A stretch of 63,323 bases of DNA, the filler included, from Welwitschia mirabilis (Eukaryota), in assembly GCA_051453625.1 (NCBI GenBank). It is 7 parts of one record of this genome, joined end to end, with 100 filler letters (N's around TTAATTAATTAA, not from the genome) between each part and the next. Parts side by side here need not be neighbours in the genome. Positions count along the whole stretch, not along the records: positions 61,195 to 63,323 come from JBOZIK010000001.1; 6 more parts are not named here. One strand, given 5' to 3'. The stretch's first letter is position 1, and every line of letters begins with the position of its first letter. This document shows, one piece after another, positions 61,430 to 63,323 of the stretch. The notes under the pieces are model-generated. The model was given only the letters and a program-made list of their open reading frames with translations. It was not told where the DNA came from and did no database searches. A program made the position numbers and the translations under genes.

Positions 61430-63323
61430 GAGAGCAGGTGCAAAATAAAGTTATTGATCTAGAGTATGTGCCAACTCATGAACAACTAGCCGATATCATG
61501 ACCAAGAGTTTATTAGAAGCTTGCTTTTGTTTTGTAAGAAGAAATCTTGGTGTAGGGCCCTGCCCTTCATTTAAATAAATCCTTCTTTCTACTAAAATGC
61601 GCTAAATTGAGAAAATCAGTCATTTAAGTGAATGCTTTTGTGTCTGTCTTTCTGGGATGTGCTAAATCTTGGTTAACTTAAATCTCGGACGTCCCGGATT
61701 AATATCCGGATGTCTTGATCTGGGAAGTAACTTGGACATCCCATGATTTTTCCTCGGACGTCCGACTGTTCACAGTTGTAAAAATTTTTACCAGTTACAA
61801 CCCAAACCCGGACGTCCGCCCGTTCATGCGGACGTAACCCTACCGAGACGCTCGCGCTCCTCTCTTCATTTTTAAACCTTTCTTCTGCCTTCCCTCTTCA
61901 TTTCTCTCCTTCTCGGTTTTTCTCTGAGCTCTAGAACCTGTGATTGGCGGACATCATGGTCAGAAGCAAGATAGGTGTCTCAAGAAAGGGAAAAGAACCC
62001 GAGTCAGAAGCAGAATGGTTTCTTTCTATGGAACACCGGAAGGCCTAGTTTGGTAGATATGATAACAGGCCTTTAGCTTTGGAAAGGCAGATAGATTACC
62101 AATCCTTCAGAAGAGAGGTANNNNNNNNNNNNNNNNNNNNNNNNNNNNNNNNNNNNNNNNNNNNNNNNNNNNNTACTCATGCCTGTACTAAAATGATACG
62201 TTTGTTTTACTGCAATGGTCATTTTCATTCCTCGAGTTGGGTGATAACCACCAAGGTGTATGCTAGAAGAGTAAATGTTGATTTAGAAGCCATTTCCTTG
62301 GTTACAAGCTATCCAAATGAAGGTTTCTTCCGTGAAATTACTTTGGTCAGCTCTTTGAAAGAAGCAGTTTCCTTAGATGTTTTAACTTCAGAATTGTGTA
62401 GGACTTCATTTACGTGGCGTGCCAATTTGCCCACAAACAAGTTGACCAAGTTTTACATAGTTCTTTTCCAGATTTCTACACACAACCTCGTACCTAAATT
62501 GGGTCACAAGGACGAGGTATCTCCAATTTGTGCATATATTTTGTTTTGTCTCGGAATAGGTGTATGTATAAATTTGTGTTAATTCATTATGTTCTATATG
62601 AGTCAATTCATTCCTGCTGGTTATAGTAGCCTACCTTTTGGAGGACTCATTACAACCATACTGGAAAATCATGATTGTTCTATTCGCAAAGATGAAGAGC
62701 TCCTTAAAATTCCCAAACCTTTGGGACTNNNNNNNNNNNNNNNNNNNNNNNNNNNNNNNNNNNNNNNNNNNNNNNNNNNNNNNNNNNNNNNNNNNNNNNN
62801 NNNNNNNNNNNNNNNNNNNNNNNNNNNNTGTCTTGGAACCGGTGTACACATAAATTTGTGTAAATTCATCATGTTCTATATGAGTTAGTTCATTCCTGCC
62901 GGCTATAGTAGCCTACCTTTTGGAGGACTCATTACAACCATACTGGAAAATCATGATTTTTCTATTCGCAAAGATGAAGAGCTCCTTAAAATTCCCAAAC
63001 CTTTGGGACTATATTCGCTGAAGAAAATGAATATCTTGTCTGAAGAAATTGGTTCTTTACCGCCTCCAAAGAAGAAACCTCGAACAGAAGAAGGAACCAG
63101 TTCAGGCACAGTCAGCAATGAGGATTTAATGAGAGAACTTTTGTCAATCAAAGAAAGAGCTCTTTAGGCACAAAAGACAGCAGAGAGTTTACAGACGAGT
63201 TGACAGAATTGTATTTGGTTTATCTGCTTATGGTTTAGAGATTCCCACTGGATGTGAGGAAGAAGAGGAGGCCTCTGCTGCTTTAGAGCATGATGACTCA
63301 TTCTCTTAGCCTTCCATTCTCTT
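61430..63323 (+). mobile_element. Sirevirus element #5 fragment (RNase H end, spacer, env-like ORF)
   Basis: EQVQNKVIDLEYVPTHEQLADIMTKSL..LGVGPCP ends at 61578, followed by a 377-bp spacer with GGACGTCC motifs and the env-like ORF. Confidence 0.85.
61956..63309 (+). pseudogene. Sirevirus env-like ORF, copy 5
   Basis: MVRSKIGVSRKGKEPESEAEWF; RLFYCN; QISTHNLVPKLGHKDEVSPICAYILFCLG; LPFGGLITTIL; PPPKKKPRTEEGTSSG; ends EEEE..EHDDSFS*. Two gaps and a repeated segment. Confidence 0.85.

Noticed and set aside
62546-63010. Repeated ~180-bp segment of the env-like ORF on both sides of a gap
   Set aside because: Flanks a 100-N gap and could be two paralogous copies or haplotypes joined by the assembler. 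Not claimed as a real duplication without reads.

Overview
Land-plant nuclear DNA from a gapped draft assembly; the host species cannot be determined from the sequence. One host gene is visible: five + strand exons (5747-5864, 5977-6073, 6983-7077, 22370-22444, 22602-22685) of a serine carboxypeptidase S28-family protein (EDA2/At4g36190-like). They splice in frame across a ~15.3 kb TE-filled intron. The upstream exons lie outside the window, and I could not find the terminal exon in the remaining ~40 kb. Nearly everything else is decayed, often nested transposon sequence: a CRM-type Ty3/Gypsy, a gag-only Copia derivative, a tandemly duplicated Tat/Ogre-like gag, Tork-like Copia fragments and LTRs, hAT MITEs, a hAT transposase remnant and L1 LINE remnants. 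Most prominent are five Sirevirus (SIRE) Copia elements in two subfamilies, one nested in another. Each carries an extra ~350-codon 'env-like' ORF after pol. Aligned by eye, that ORF looks more like a nuclear protein (NLS-like basic cluster, heptad segment, acidic tail) than an envelope. It is preceded by a conserved promoter-like spacer sharing the GGACGTCC palindrome repeated in the LTRs. This cassette is the best candidate for an under-described system here. All TE ORFs are disrupted, and no RNA genes or CRISPR arrays were seen.
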